Below the pieces are notes generated by a model. It was not told the DNA's origin and did not search any database. It saw nothing but the letters and a program-made list of their open reading frames with translations. The position numbers were made by a program, and so were the translations under genes. 64,000 nt of DNA from the human T2T-CHM13v2.0 reference genome, Homo sapiens: the NCBI RefSeq assembly GCF_009914755.1, contig NC_060945.1; one strand, 5' to 3'. Shown piece after piece: positions 26,749 through 40,683 of the stretch; position 1 is the stretch's first letter; every line of letters starts with the position of its first letter.

Positions 26749-29133
26749 TGTATTAGCCCATTTTCATGCTGCTGATAAAGACATACCCAAGACTGGGCAA
26801 TTTACAAAAGAAAGAGGTTTAATGGACTTATAGTTCCACATGGCTATGGAGGCCTTACAATCATGGAGGAAGGCAAGAAGCAGCAAGTCAGGTCTTACAT
26901 GGATGGCAGCATGCCAAAAGAGAGCTTGTTCAGGGGAACTCCTCTTTATAAAACCTTCAGATCTCATGAGACTTATTCACTATCACCAAAACAGCACAAG
27001 AAAGACCTGCCCCCACGATTAAATTACCTCCCACCTGATCCCTCCCACAACACCTGGGAATTCAAGATGAGATTTGGATGGGGACACAGCCAAACCATAT
27101 TATTCCACCCCTGGCCCCTCCCAAATCTCATGTCCTCACATTTTAAAAGCAATCATGCCTTTGCAACAGTCCCCCAAAGTCTTAATTCATTTCAGCATTA
27201 ACTCAAAAGACAACAGTCCAATCCCTCATCTGAGACAAGGCAAGTCCCTTCCACCTATGAGCCTGTAAGATTAAAAGCAAGTTAATTACTTCCTAGATAC
27301 AATAGGGGCACAGGCTGTGGGTAAATACAGCTATTCCAAATGGGAAAAATTGGCCAAATCAAAGGGGCTACAATCCCCATGCAAGTCCAAAATCTAGCAG
27401 GGCAGTCAAATCTTAAAGCTCCAAAATGATCTCCTTTGACTCTATGTCTCACATCCAGATCACACTGATGCAAGACATGGGTTTCTACAGTCTTGGGCAG
27501 CTCTACCCCTGTGGCTTTGCAGGGTACAGCCTCCCTCCTGGCTGCTTTCAGTGGTTGGCATTGAGTGTCTGCGGCTTTTTCAGGAGCACAGTGCAAGCTG
27601 TCAGTGGATCTGCCATTTTGAAGTCTGGAGGATGGTGGACCTCTACTCACAGCTCCACTAGGCAGTGCCCCAGTGTGGACTCTGTGTGGGGGCTCTGACT
27701 GCATATTTTTCTTCTGCACTGCCCTAGAAGAGGTTCTCCATGAGGGCTCCACCTCTGCAGCAAACTGCTGCCTGGACATGCAGGTGTTTCCTTACATCCT
27801 CTGAAATCTAAGCAGACGTTCCCCAACCTCAATTCTCAACTTCTATGTACCCACATGCCCAACACCATGTGTAAGCCACCAAGGCTTGGGGCTTGCACCC
27901 GCTGAAGCAATGGCCCAAACTATACGTAGACCCCTTTTGGCCATGGCTGGAGTTAAGTAGCTGGGAAACAGGACACCATGCCCTGAGGTTCCATTTACCG
28001 TTGGGGCCTAGGAACAAAAAATGGGTTTGTGGGCCAGGCTCAGGGGCCCCCTGCTGTGTGCACACTAGGGACTTGGTGCCTTGGGTCCAGGCCCATAAAA
28101 CCATTTTTGGCTACTAGACCCCTGGGCAGGTGATGGGAGGGACTCCTGTGAAGGTCTCTGACATGCCCTGGAGAAATTTTCTCCATTGTTTTGGTGATTA
28201 ACATTCAGCAGTACCTTACTTATGCAAATTTATACAGCTGGCTTGAATTTCTCTTCAGAAAATGGGTTTTTCTTTCTATCTTACCATCAGGTTGCAAATG
28301 TTCTGAACTTTTATGCTCTGCTTCCTCTTGAATGCTTTGCCACTTAGAGATTTCTTCCGCCAGATACACTAAATCATCTATCTCAAGTTCAAAGTTCCAC
28401 AGATCTCTAGGGCAGGGACAAAATGCCACTAGTCTGTTTGCTAAAGCATAAGAAGAATGACCTTCACTCATCTCCATCTGTGACCACCTCAGCCTGGACT
28501 TCATTGTCCATATCACTATCAGCATCTTGGTCAAAGTCATTCGACAAATTTCTAGGAAGTTCCAAACTTTCCTATATCTTCCTGTCTTCTGAGCCCTCCA
28601 AGTCTCCAGGAAGTTCCAAACTTTCCCACATTTTCCTGTCTTCTTCTGAGCCCTCTAACCTGTTCCTATCTCTGCCTGTTACCCAGGTCCAAAGTCGCTT
28701 TCACATTTTCAGCTATCTTTACAGCAGCACCCCACTCTATGTGATACTAATTTACTGTATTATTCTGTTCTCATGCTTCTATAAAGGCATACCTGAGAGT
28801 GGGTAATTTATAAAGCAAAGAGATTTAATTGACTCACCGTTCCGTATGGCTGAGAAGACCTCAGAAATCTTACAATCATGGCAGAAGGCAAAGGAGAAGC
28901 ACGCACCTTCTTCATAGCATGGCAGGACAGAATGAGTGCCAGCAGGGGAAATGTCAGATGCTTATAAAACCATCAGATCTTGTGACACTCCCTCATTATC
29001 AGGAGAATAGCATGTAGGAAACCACCCCCAGGAATCAATTACCTCCACCTGGTCCCACCCTTGACACGTGGGGATTACGGGGATTACAATTCAAAATGAG
29101 ATTTGGGTGGGGACACAGAGCCAAACCTTATAA
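26749..29133 (-). mobile_element. Two-LTR THE1 MaLR element, apparently chimeric (THE1B/C-like left LTR, THE1D-like right LTR)
   Basis: LTRs at about 26749-27102 and 28756-29133 flank THE1-internal sequence. No matching TSD. Confidence 0.9.
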
Positions 29134-29298
29134 TGTAGTAACCTTGAAAAGAACCAAGGTCAACATATTCTGCATCAACTAGGTGTAATCTTCATAAACG
29201 AACATGGCCATGTTATTTTGTATTTACTTGATATTGTATGTTCGAGCCTTTCTGTAGAAAAGCAAAGTAAAATCATATTCTAGTTAAAAGTGTAAGTA

Positions 29299-29595
29299 GG
29301 CTGGGCACTGTGGCTCACACGTGAATCCTACAACTTTGGGAGGCAGAGGTGGGTGGATTGTTTGAGCACAGGAGTTTGAAGCCAACTTTGGCAATATGGA
29401 GGAGCCTTGTATCTACAAAAAGTACAAAAAATAACTAGATATGGTGGTGTATGCCTGTAGTCCCAGCTACTTGGATAGCTGAGGTGGAAGGATTGCTTGA
29501 GGACAAGAGGTCAAGTCTGCAGTGAGCCATGATAGCATTACTGCACTACAGCCTGGGTGACAGATCAAGACTGTGTCTCAAGTATTAAAATAAAA
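29299..29595 (+). mobile_element. AluJ
   Basis: Diverged Alu. TSD TAAAAGTGTAAGTA (29285-29298) / TAAAAGTATAAATA (29596-29609). Confidence 0.92.
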
Positions 29596-30163
29596 TAAAA
29601 GTATAAATAAAAGTTTCACTGTGATTTAAATATAGGTAACAGTGGAAAACATAGAAGAATTTATCCTAAAATGTAGTGTAGAAATACAGGACAACACAAA
29701 ATAAAAACAAACTCAGCAAAGCATTAACATTTCAAGTAGAATATCACCTACCTGTGGTCCTTTGCCTCACTAATGTGTAGCTCTTTTTTAGGAGCAGTAA
29801 ATACTATATAATTATTATATTTGATGGGTACATTATTAAATTGATTAGCTCCTTAAAAATAATGGAAACGGATAAAAATTGTTTTATAGGATATATAATC
29901 ATGTCAATAATGAAGACATCTCAAAGGAGGTTATATTATTTTCTGAATAGACAGGACCAAGAAAAAAGTGAAATGCAAAACCTGCACTTTACTTTCAAAC
30001 CCAACACATTGAACATAACAGTTTCAATAAAACAACAATATTCCTTGAATGAATTCTGCTAGTTCAAGTTTTTTGGCATGGTGATTTTGTTTGTAGTTAA
30101 TTAGTCTTTTTGATTGTTTTACATGTGGAAAGGAACCATAAGCAGAAAAGTTATTTTTGTGAC

Positions 30164-30546
30164 TGCTATGGTGTGAATGTGTCCCCCAAAATTCATAATG
30201 TTGGAACCATGATCCCCAATGTTGGTGTTGGGAGATGAGATATAATGGGAGTTGCTTGAGTGGTGGGAGAACTGCCCAATGGATAGATTAATGCCATCAT
30301 CCAGGAAGTGTCTTTGTTATTGTGGGGGTGCATTCCTTATTAAAGGACAAGTTCCTGCCCCCCTTACTCTGCCTTTGCCCTTCTCTCTTCTGCCATGAAA
30401 CGATGCTGCCAGAAGGTGCTTGCCAGGTGCCAGCTCCGAGATCTAGGACCTCCCAGTGCCAGAAATGTGAGAAAATACATTTCTGTCCTTTATAAATTGC
30501 CTAGTTTCAGGTATTCTGTTATACCAGCACAAAATGGATTAAGACA
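30164..30546 (+). mobile_element. MSTC/D-like solo LTR
   Basis: TGCTATGG...TTAAGACA termini. Perfect TSD GTGAC at 30159-30163 and 30547-30551. Confidence 0.9.
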
Positions 30547-30779
30547 GTGACTGAAAATAACATTGTATAAAAATATTACCTTGATCATATTCAATATTGT
30601 GATATACAGAAAATTCACTTTCATGCAATCAGTAGTTAAACCAACTACCCATCATCATAATTGATTTTTCACCATTGAAAAACTATACAAAGGATCTGAC
30701 CCCTAGAATAATCTTGAAACCATTTTAAATTAATTTAAACATTGAAGAGTTCTAGTAAAACACAAAACTAAATAAAAAC

Positions 30780-31500
30780 TATGCTATGCAAAATGAACAA
30801 TGTCTCTTCTTGCCCAGCTCAGTGTTTTGGGGAACCAGAAACAAACCAATAAAATAAAGGCGTGGAAAGGCTACTGTGAGAACAGAAAGGAGCAACTGGG
30901 GCACTGAAACAAAAACAACCTGCACAGAAATTAAATTGAGCCAGAACGTAAAGAACTGAAGGAAGTGTCTGATACAGAGAAGAGAGAAAGTACATTTAGG
31001 CCAAAAGAATCATCACAGGTAAGGGCCGGAGAGGGTTTGAGGTATTGAAAACAAGAATAGGAATTCCCTCATGAACTGAACATATAGAGACTGGGACAGT
31101 GGGTAGAGAAGAGGCTAGGACAGTTTTAACAGCTTTATATGTATCAGGATGTGGTGTGTGCAACCAGTCATGTAGACCTCTTTGAAAGAGAACTGAAATG
31201 GACAGGCTGAACAAAGAAGGTTGTCCTTGGCATGGAGCTGAAACATTTCCAGATGAGCTCTCTGCTGGCAACAGAGATAATATACTTGGTTTGCCATTGA
31301 GCAACCCTGCAGAATAATTATTATGGAAACTATTAGTATGGTCATTTAGTTCCTCAATGGAATAAAAGCCTGTCACTGGGTTTGATACCACTATGGCTGT
31401 GTGACAGCAAGGTGACACATAAGGCATGAGGAGAGATCAGGTATTTGATTTTATTGGTGAACTGTCTAATAATCTACAAGCAATATCCATTTGAATATAA
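30780..31500 (-). mobile_element. Probable L2 remnant
   Basis: Degenerate purine-rich sequence resembling the L2 3' region. Weak match. Confidence 0.4.
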
Positions 31501-32324
31501 GTAACTGAAGCCAGAATATAGCTAAAGAATAAAACGTCATTTAGATGTTTTAGAATTGCAAATCTGGAAAGGCTAAGCAGCATAATTATCTTTTAAATGT
31601 TTCAATTTTAATATAATTTATGTCATTGAGGCAAAACTTTTTATGGTTTATAATACAAGTATATTCTCCCTTAACCCCATTCCCATCTTAGGATGTCCTT
31701 TATTTAGTGTAAAATTTTAAATAGGGAAAACTTAATGACTCATTCATTTCCATAATCATTTATGGCCATTATAATATAGGTCACTCACAGCTTCTGCTAT
31801 TATCAGAACATTAAAGACCCTGCTGGGGCCTCTCATTGTTATTTGCTTGACATCCACTTAATATTTACCATTGGGAACATCACAGATGGCCCACTTTTCT
31901 TCTGATCCTAGTAATGAAGAATAATCATTATTTTCATGGGTCCTTCTGGGGTACTCTATCTGTAAGTAAATACCTTTTGGAAAGAGAGAAATTGTATTTG
32001 AAGAGGCATTACCAATTGACCACCTCCACAAAAAAAAGCCTGCAGTTAAATTGGATCCAGATTCTTCAAACTTTAATCCATGAGGGAAGATGTGAATAAA
32101 GATAATGAGATAAATAAATATGAAATCACTTTGTAATAGTTGCATCACTTAGGTATATTTGTATCCTAAATATTCCTAAGTAATGCGACTAATAACAAAA
32201 AAAAAACCTCACTCAAACTGGTTTAAGATAGGGAATTTACTATCCTCTATCACTGAAGATTCCTTATCTTCAAAGGAAGGGATTGCTAGGGATTTCTTCA
32301 GGTACAACTTGTTTTAAGTGTTCA

Positions 32325-32457
32325 GGCTGGGTGGGTTGACTTACGCCTGTAATCCCAGAACTTTGGGGGGCTGAGGCAGGAGGATTGCTTGAGGAAAGGA
32401 GTTTGATAACAGCGTGAGGAAAGCAGCAAGGACCTGTCTAAAAAAAAAAAAAAAAAA
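32325..32457 (+). mobile_element. FLAM/Alu monomer inside an old MLT1-like remnant (about 32150-32700)
   Basis: A single Alu arm followed directly by poly-A. Confidence 0.85.
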
Positions 32458-33276
32458 GACTTCAATAATGTCATTAAATTTGGTTTCTCTGTTACTTGGC
32501 TCTGTCTTTCAAAATTATTTCATTTTTACACATGAAACTCCATGTGGTTGCAATATACCCAATTTCTGAGATTACATCTACATTTAGTAGGAAAGTGGTT
32601 TTACCCTGACAATTTCTGTTGAAATGCCAGTTGATTTCTTTGAGTCAGATTGTATATTATGCCCATCCTTGAACATAGAGCAGTGCTCTAGATGTTGTGA
32701 AAACTGATCACTTCATCACTGGCTAACACAGTGCATATATGCTGAAACAGGAGAAAATGGAGAAGAGACCCATACTTATGCTAGGTAGCTAAAGTAACAA
32801 ATCACCACAATAATAAATACAGTGAAAAAAATACCTGATGTGGTTGTGATCATTAGTGATAGTTTGGTCATCAGTCAGTTAAAGCTAATGTCTTTGAAAA
32901 TCATAAAACCATATATATTTAAATTTAAATCTTATAAAGGTATGTACTTTAAACAAATCTTTTGATATAAAACTATTATGGAATGGCATGCAAAGCGAAT
33001 CTTAGAGAATGGTGTATAAGATTGTCTTTCTTTCCTGAAAGACGCTAACAGTATATATTCTGTAATTTCCATTTCTATTCTTTAAGGTAAATATGCAAAG
33101 ATACTTGCAAAATAATCTGATTCCACAACTGTTTTTGACAATTTTCCTTCTAATGTTGTAGTTGTGTCTTCCACAGTGTTAACACTGATTTTTTAGATAT
33201 TCATAGAGAATGATGTCACAGTTGTCCTCTTATCCAAAAACATACATGAAGTATATATTCTTGGATTTCTTGTTTT

Positions 33277-33558
33277 AATTTTTATTTTTAAATTTTGTGG
33301 GGGCACAGTAGGTACATATATTTATGGGTACATGAGATATTTTGACACAGGCATGCAATGCATGATAATCACATTATGGAGAAGGGGGTCTCCATGCCTT
33401 TAAGCATTTAACCTTTGTGTATACTCTTTTAGTTATTTTAAACTGTACAATTAGGTTATTATTCATTATAGTCACTAAATAAGCCAAGAACAGAAAGACA
33501 AACATCATATGTTTTCACTTACTTGTGGAACATAAAAATCAAAACTCTTGAACTCATG
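33277..33558 (-). mobile_element. Short L1MA 3' end with an inverted 5' segment
   Basis: Minus-strand 3' end 33277-33476, then plus-strand aaataagccaagaacagaaagac...gaactcatgg. Degenerate TSD TGGATTTCTTGTTTT/TGGGTTTCTATTTTT. Confidence 0.8.
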
Positions 33559-33771
33559 GGTTTCTATTTTTGTTGCCTTTGAAGTACAGTGAGAAACTCC
33601 CAGTCCAGAGAAAATGATCTAGATCTATTCCTCTCTGTTCTTCCCTCCTCTTCCCCACTAAGCACTATACTATGAACCCTGGAAATAGCCCAGCAGACAA
33701 CCCAAAATGTACACTGAAATGTGATAAAAAGTTGACCGGGTTACAGAAACAAGATTGTAGAAACAACACAG

Positions 33772-33862
33772 TGACATGTGTATGCATACGCATGTGCATA
33801 AGCACACACACACACAAGGAACACACACATACACGCACACACACAAGGCCACACAGACACAT
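33772..33862. repeat. Imperfect (CA)n
   Basis: gcacacacacacacaaggaacacacacatacacgcacacacacaagg. Confidence 0.8.
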
Positions 33863-34246
33863 CGTTTACCGACCTAAGCCTAGCAAGAGAGGGCAGCCCA
33901 CATAAGTTCATTTCTCCCCTGAATAAATCAAAAGGTCCCTCAGACAACATCAGAAATAAGGAATCAATTAGGAGCCCCCCACTTTCCCAAAATAAAGAAG
34001 AGGCTGTACGGCAAGCATTGTCCTTTCCCATCAAATGCAAGACTACTTTCCAGTAAACCTCTTCGTCTATATAGGACTAAAACTACCCTTCACTTCCCAG
34101 AGAAAGCTTGCCCAATTAGTGTAGGAAGGAAGGGGAGTTACCACTTTCCCCCTACCTACCAAATCTGGGGAAGCCCCCTCTACCTCCTCAAGCAACACCA
34201 GCAGGACAAAGTAGAATGCCAGCTGCAACCAATAAGCCAGGTAGAC

Positions 34247-34589
34247 TGCTATGATATGAATGCTGTATCTCCACATAGCTTATATGTTGAAACCTAATCC
34301 CCAATGTGATGGTGTTAGGAGGTAGGGTCTAAATATCTATTACCTCCCATTAGACATTAGTGCCCTTTTGAAATAGGTACCAGAGAGCTCCCGTGCCCCT
34401 TTCACCATGTCAGGACACAGAAACCATGACTTTCTATGAACCAGAAAAAGGACCCTCACCAGACAAGGAACTTGTCATCTCCTTGATCTTGGACTTTGGG
34501 GCCTTCAGAATTGTGAGAGATATATTTTTTTTAATGAGCCATTCAGTCTATGGTATTTTTTCTTAGGGCAGCCCTAACAGACTAACACA
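34247..34589 (+). mobile_element. MLT1A-like solo LTR
   Basis: TGCTATG...actaacaca. TSD TAGAC/CAGAC. Confidence 0.85.
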
Positions 34590-35319
34590 CAGACGGAAAC
34601 AAAACTGCAAAAGTTCTGAAAACTCCACTGACAGCCTGTAAAAGTAGGCCAAGCTGTGGGCTAAACCTAAATAAGGTGACTGCCTGCTGAAATAGTAAAT
34701 AAAAATAAAAGTAGTTAAACAGACCTAGAGTTTCTTAACTGTGAAGAAATAACACTGCCCTGGATTTCTCAGAATTTCAGTAAGTCATAGTTTCCTGAGA
34801 CTCTTTACACACCATGAAAATTAGATCTGCAGCCATTTGTCTAATTAATTGTTTTGATTCAAAAGGATAGTGCAATTTCTTCTATCTGCCTGAAGGGTTC
34901 AAATGATTCTAGCACCAATACATTCCTAGATTAAATCACTGAGGAGCTAGGAAGATTGGGGTTATCTTCTTCAATACTTACATTCCAAGGAATAATGAGG
35001 CCGTTGGACCTTGGAGAGAGCTTTAGGTTATAATATCTGTGACATGAAAGCTATGTGGTGCTCATCAAAATTTTTATATATCAAAATTTTGTATATGTCA
35101 AATTTCTGAAATAAGGAGATGCTTTCAGTGGAGTAGGGACATCAATTTTTCCCCTTTATAAGCAGATACATTTTTTTCTTCTCTTTAATCTATGACAGGT
35201 GTGCCCTCTCATGTAGGAAAAACCCCATTAGCTTTCACCTTGTCTCCCTAGGGGTAAGAAAAGTCCCTTAGAAGAGCCTACTGCTTATTATTTACTGTTC
35301 TAATTGGAAATTTAACACC

Positions 35320-36255
35320 TGATATGATTTGGCTCTGTCCCCACCCAAATCTCATCTTGAATTCTCACATGTTGTGGGAGAAGCCTGGTGGGAAGCAACT
35401 GAATCATGAGGGCAGGTCTTTCCCCTGCTGTTCTTTGATAGTGAATAAGTCTCTTGAGATCTGATGGTTTTGTAAAGAGGAGATCCTCTGCACAAGCTCT
35501 CTCTTTGCCTGCTGCCATCCGTGTAAGACATGACTTGCTCCTTGTTGCCTTTTGCCATTATTGTGAGGCCTCACCAGCCATGTGGAAGTGTAAGACCATT
35601 AAACCTCTTTCTTTTGTAAAGTGCCCAGTCTTGTGTATGTCTTTATCATCAGAATCAATAAATTGATACCAGTAGAGTGGGGTGCAGCTGAAAAGATACC
35701 CCAAACGTGGAAGTGACTTTGGAACTGGGTAATAGGAAGAGGTTGAAACAATTTGGAGGGCTCAGAAGAAGACAGAAAAATATTGGAAAAGTTGGAACTT
35801 CCTAGAGACTTGTTGAAAGGCTTTGACCAAAATGCTGATAATAATATCGACAATGAAATCCAGGCTGAGGTGGTCTCAGATGGAGATGAGGAACTTGTTG
35901 GGAACTGGAGAAAACGTGACTCTTATTATTTTGTAGCAAAGAGACTAGTGGCATTTTGCTCCTGCCCTAGAGATTTGTGGAACTTTGAACTTGAGAGAGA
36001 TGATTTAGGGTATCTGGCAAAATAAATTTCTAAGCAGCAAAGCATTCAAGAGGTGACTTGGGTACTGGTAAAGGCATTCAGTTTTAAAAGGGAAACAGCG
36101 CATAAAAGTTCAGAAAATTTGCAGCAGGACAATGCAATAGAAAAGAAAATCCCATTTTCTGCGGACAAATTCAAACTGGCTGCAGAAATTTGCATAAGTA
36201 ACCAGGAGCCAGATGTTAATCCCCAAGACAATGAGGAAAATGTCTCCAGTGCATA
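35320..36255 (+). mobile_element. THE1B/C-like LTR plus truncated internal region
   Basis: tgatatgatttggctctg. The LTR 3' end is deleted at about 35650. MaLR internal ORF remnant EIQAEVVSDGDEELVGNW (35753..36025). Confidence 0.9.
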
Positions 36256-36274
36256 TGATTGCATATTACGAACT

Positions 36275-36575
<301 letters not shown>

Positions 36576-37561
36576 TGCATATTACAAAGTTTTGATTAAT
36601 CACCTTACCATGTTGATTTTCCTGTAGCTACTCATTGCACCTGTCTTCCATTTTCAGAGAATGCAACATGAGGTTCTTTGAGTTATTCCCTTTTATTCAG
36701 CAAGTGTATCAATCAGTCAGTACATACTTCCACCTGTTTCCATATTTTGACTACTTTTCTCTGTGTTTAGCTCCCTCAGATTGGGAACCACTATTGTGAA
36801 TCTGAAAAGGTGTGAGTGTAATGGGAAGACCATAGTAAAAGCAGAAGAACATTATAAGACATTACTTACCCTCAATGACAAGTCATTAGATATCTGGTAT
36901 TTTAATGGCAAATAATTGAACATTCTTACATCTAACTTTTTCACTTAAAGTGAATTACTGTTATATATTTCCATCATTTAGTTTTTCCTCTAATCTATTT
37001 TTTCCTAACAGAGGAAAAATTGACTTCAATAAAATCCCATCCTTTTTGAATTCCAACATTTATTCTATTAGAATGTGGATTTTATTAACTATTTTTTCCC
37101 TAAGCCCATGTAACATAGTGTTTTTAAATAGCCTCAGGGTAAATGTTATGATTTCAAAGGCTTCAGTTTTGTTAAGTTTTTATGTCACCCTCAGACTGCT
37201 GTAAGCCATTTTTCTCAGAGTTAAAAAGTCCATTCCTTTAAAGTTAATTGGCACTGACTCATAATATAATTTACAGTTATTTTGCTGTTATGATTTATAC
37301 CAACTATGCCCTAAAGAATATTAGGATAATTCAAAGCTACAAAACAAACATCTGAGAAAGTTTTGAATAGACAGAATAAATGAAAATATTTTATAGGGTA
37401 TTTGAGACTAAATGAAGAGTCAGTTAAAAAATGAAAAGAGGCTATTCCAAAATGTGTAAATTAATTGAGATAAGAAGAGTCCATTTATACTAGAAGAAAG
37501 CTGCTGAATTTTTATAGAATTATAGATTTGCTAGAGAAAAAGTAACTATTTGACCTCTTCT

Positions 37562-37871
<310 letters not shown>

Positions 37872-39173
37872 CTATTTGACCTCTTCTACACTGTAGACCA
37901 GACATGGTCCCAGGATACATGTCACTACAGGTTTATGTGACCAGTAATAGAGGTGACCAAGATGGGGGTGGGTCAGCGAAATTGATCTGCCTGTGGGGCT
38001 GGAAATTAGGGGATATGTTTTCTGTAGAGAATTTTAAAACTACATTTAAAAAGCCAACTCAAATTTGTTTTGCATTTTTATTGTCATTCTATTAGTGTCA
38101 ATGATAAAATGTTCCTTTAGGACAAGGCAGACTGCCCCCATGTTCTCTCTCCCTTGGCTTGCCATTAATCAAGTGTCAAGAACGAAGCCTGTCTTGGGCA
38201 ATACCAGTGGTGCATTTGACCATAGGATAAAGTGGAATCCAGTGGCCACTGTGATTCTCCTTTCCACTCTCACGGTTACGAGTTGAGGCAGAAGGAGCTG
38301 CTGCTGTTTCCCTGGACAGTACTACAATGAATTTCATAATAGCATAGTATTTCTTGATGAGAATGGGTAAGCATAGAGCCTGAAGCAAAACTGGAACACT
38401 GAAAAATTTGTTTCAGAGCATTTAAGATTTTAATTTCTTAGAGTGTTTAATTTGTTACTAAGAGACATGGAGAGTTGGGTTAAAGAGAAAAAAAAAAACT
38501 TGAATCTTTGCTGAGGTAGCTTCTCAAGGTGTTGCAAAGTAACAACTGTATTTATGCCTTAGTTGGCTTTGATTTTGGCTCAGAAAGTTTCATATTATCA
38601 ATTTACGTTAACCTCTTCCAGGTATTAGTTTATTTTCCCCTTTTCTTTTACACACAGACACAAAGTCGCAAACATTAATTTAGGAGCAAGAATAGAAAAT
38701 ATTTTTTGAGATGTTACTTTACAGAGAGCTATTTTTGCTTGACACCTTTCCTTTCTACATGCAGTGAAATACATCGTGATTGCAAAGGGTGAAGAAATGG
38801 GGTTTGTGCACTTTTGAGTGTGTATTGAAAAATATTATTATTCATTTAGTAGCTTTGTATTACTTGACAGGCTGTATAAATTCTGACATTTCCCAGTACA
38901 ATTACATATAATACAGGGATAGTCAAATTTACACATATATACAAACATCTATAAATGATCATCATCAAAAAGGCAAATACATTTTTAAGAGATAACCCAT
39001 GACTTTTCTTTCTTATTATTTCCATAAGCAATTGTAGTCTTTTCTTTAAAAATGCCATGACTCAAAAGAATTTCAGAAGTACCTGCTTCAAAATCCACTT
39101 AATACTGGAGTCACTGTCAATACCAAGAATACACAGAGTAAAGATGGAATCAGTTGCTCATAATATTCTCTAC

Positions 39174-39371
39174 CATCGCTGTTCAATAGAAACCTGTGAT
39201 GTTAATAATGTGCCATGTGCTGTCTAATACAGTAGCTACTAGCCACAGGTGACTATGAAGCACTTACAATGTGGCTATGTAACTAGCAACTCTACTTATA
39301 ACATTTTAATTTTAATTACCTTAAATTTAAATTGTCACTGGAAACTAGTTGTTACCATATTAGCCAATGCA
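39174..39371. mobile_element. MER3-like hAT-Charlie DNA transposon
   Basis: cgctgttcaatagaa...gctactagccacaggtgactat...ccatattagccaatgcag. Confidence 0.75.
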
Positions 39372-39596
39372 GTATGTGATGTTCCATTTAAATGGACTCT
39401 GTATGATGTTTATTCTCCTTGCTTTTAATAACACCAGGAAAAGGTATTGTTTTCCTTTCTATATTTTAGCTAAGATAGGCTGTTCAATGACACAGTATAT
39501 CTTGAAATTACAGTGGCTTAACAAAGCAAAGTTTGATTTCTCTCCAAGTCCAGTGACATTTGGTGGATATGCTCAATAGGCATTTATGATTCAAAG

Positions 39597-39945
39597 TGTT
39601 TTACTCCATTTGGGCTACTATAAAAATAACATAAACTTGGTAGAATATAAACAATAGAGATTTATTTCTCACAGCTCTGGAGGCTAAGGCCAAGATTAGG
39701 TGCCAGCACATTCAGTGTCTGGCATGGATCCGTTTTTTGGTTCAGATATGGATGGCACCTTCTCACTGTGTCCTCATAGTGGAAGGGGTGAGGAATCTCT
39801 CTGGGGCCTCTTTTATAAGGGCACTAATCTCATTCATGAGGACTCCACTCTCATGAACTAATCACTTCCAAAATTTCCACCACCTAATACTCTTACCTTG
39901 GGGGTTAGGATTTCAACATGCAGCACAAACATTCACCTGGTAGCA
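39597..39945 (-). mobile_element. MLT1A-like LTR nested in an older MLT1 (about 39465-40215)
   Basis: tttatttctcacagctctggaggct...ttttataagggcactaatc. TSD CAAAG/CAAGG. Confidence 0.82.
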
Positions 39946-40249
39946 CAAGGTAGAGGCCACTTCTATCTTGCAGCTCTGCTAAGTCATCTCATGGCCACAG
40001 TAGCTGCAGCATCAGTGAAAGAGAAGTTGTGGAGAACGATCATGGCTCCTAAGACTCTCATCAGAAGTGACACACGTGACTTCCCTTCACTGTTCACCAG
40101 TCAGGACAGTCACAAGGCTTCCAGAAACCTCCAAGAAGTCTGGACAGTCTTCTTAGAGCCTAAGAAGCATAGAGACAGCTTTGCAGTGAGCGCAAGTAAT
40201 CATTATTCCTCCATATGTTAGCTTTGAGATCAGGGACACATCAGTGAGA

Positions 40250-40402
40250 CTCTCCAAGTTTCAGTTGCTTTATCTCCTTGAAACAGGGATATTACAACTG
40301 ATTACAGAAAATACTCAAGGATTACATAGGATAATCTCACAGAAGTTTCATAGCACAGGATCTTCCTCATAGTAAATGTTCAATAAATGTTACTTCTATT
40401 GT
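40250..40402 (+). mobile_element. MIR fragment
   Basis: catagtaaatgttcaataaatgttacttctatt 3' end. Confidence 0.65.
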
Positions 40403-40683
40403 TTTTAGATCATCATTTATTTCCAATGCCATTTTTTCCTTTGGCTTAAGTTTAAACGCATACACCCTGATATTATTCACTTTTAATTTCATTTAGTGCT
40501 ATGTTTGCATTGCATTTTTTTCTTAAAGATTATTTAGGGGAAAAATTAAAGAAAATATGAAATATGATAAAACTCTTAGAATACCTGTAGATACAAAGCA
40601 TTTATTATCTAGTCATGGTATGCATATTTGGTAACTGAATTAAGGCAGAAATGCATATTAAACTTTAACAATGTATTGGTGGA

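Noticed and set aside
27282-28540. ORFs of 100-165 aa in THE1 internal regions (also 35753, 47447, 57781)
   Set aside because: Remnants of the MaLR internal ORF, broken at different positions in each copy.
30996-31427. 143-aa minus-strand ORF
   Set aside because: No recognisable domain or splice context, and it overlaps a probable L2 remnant.
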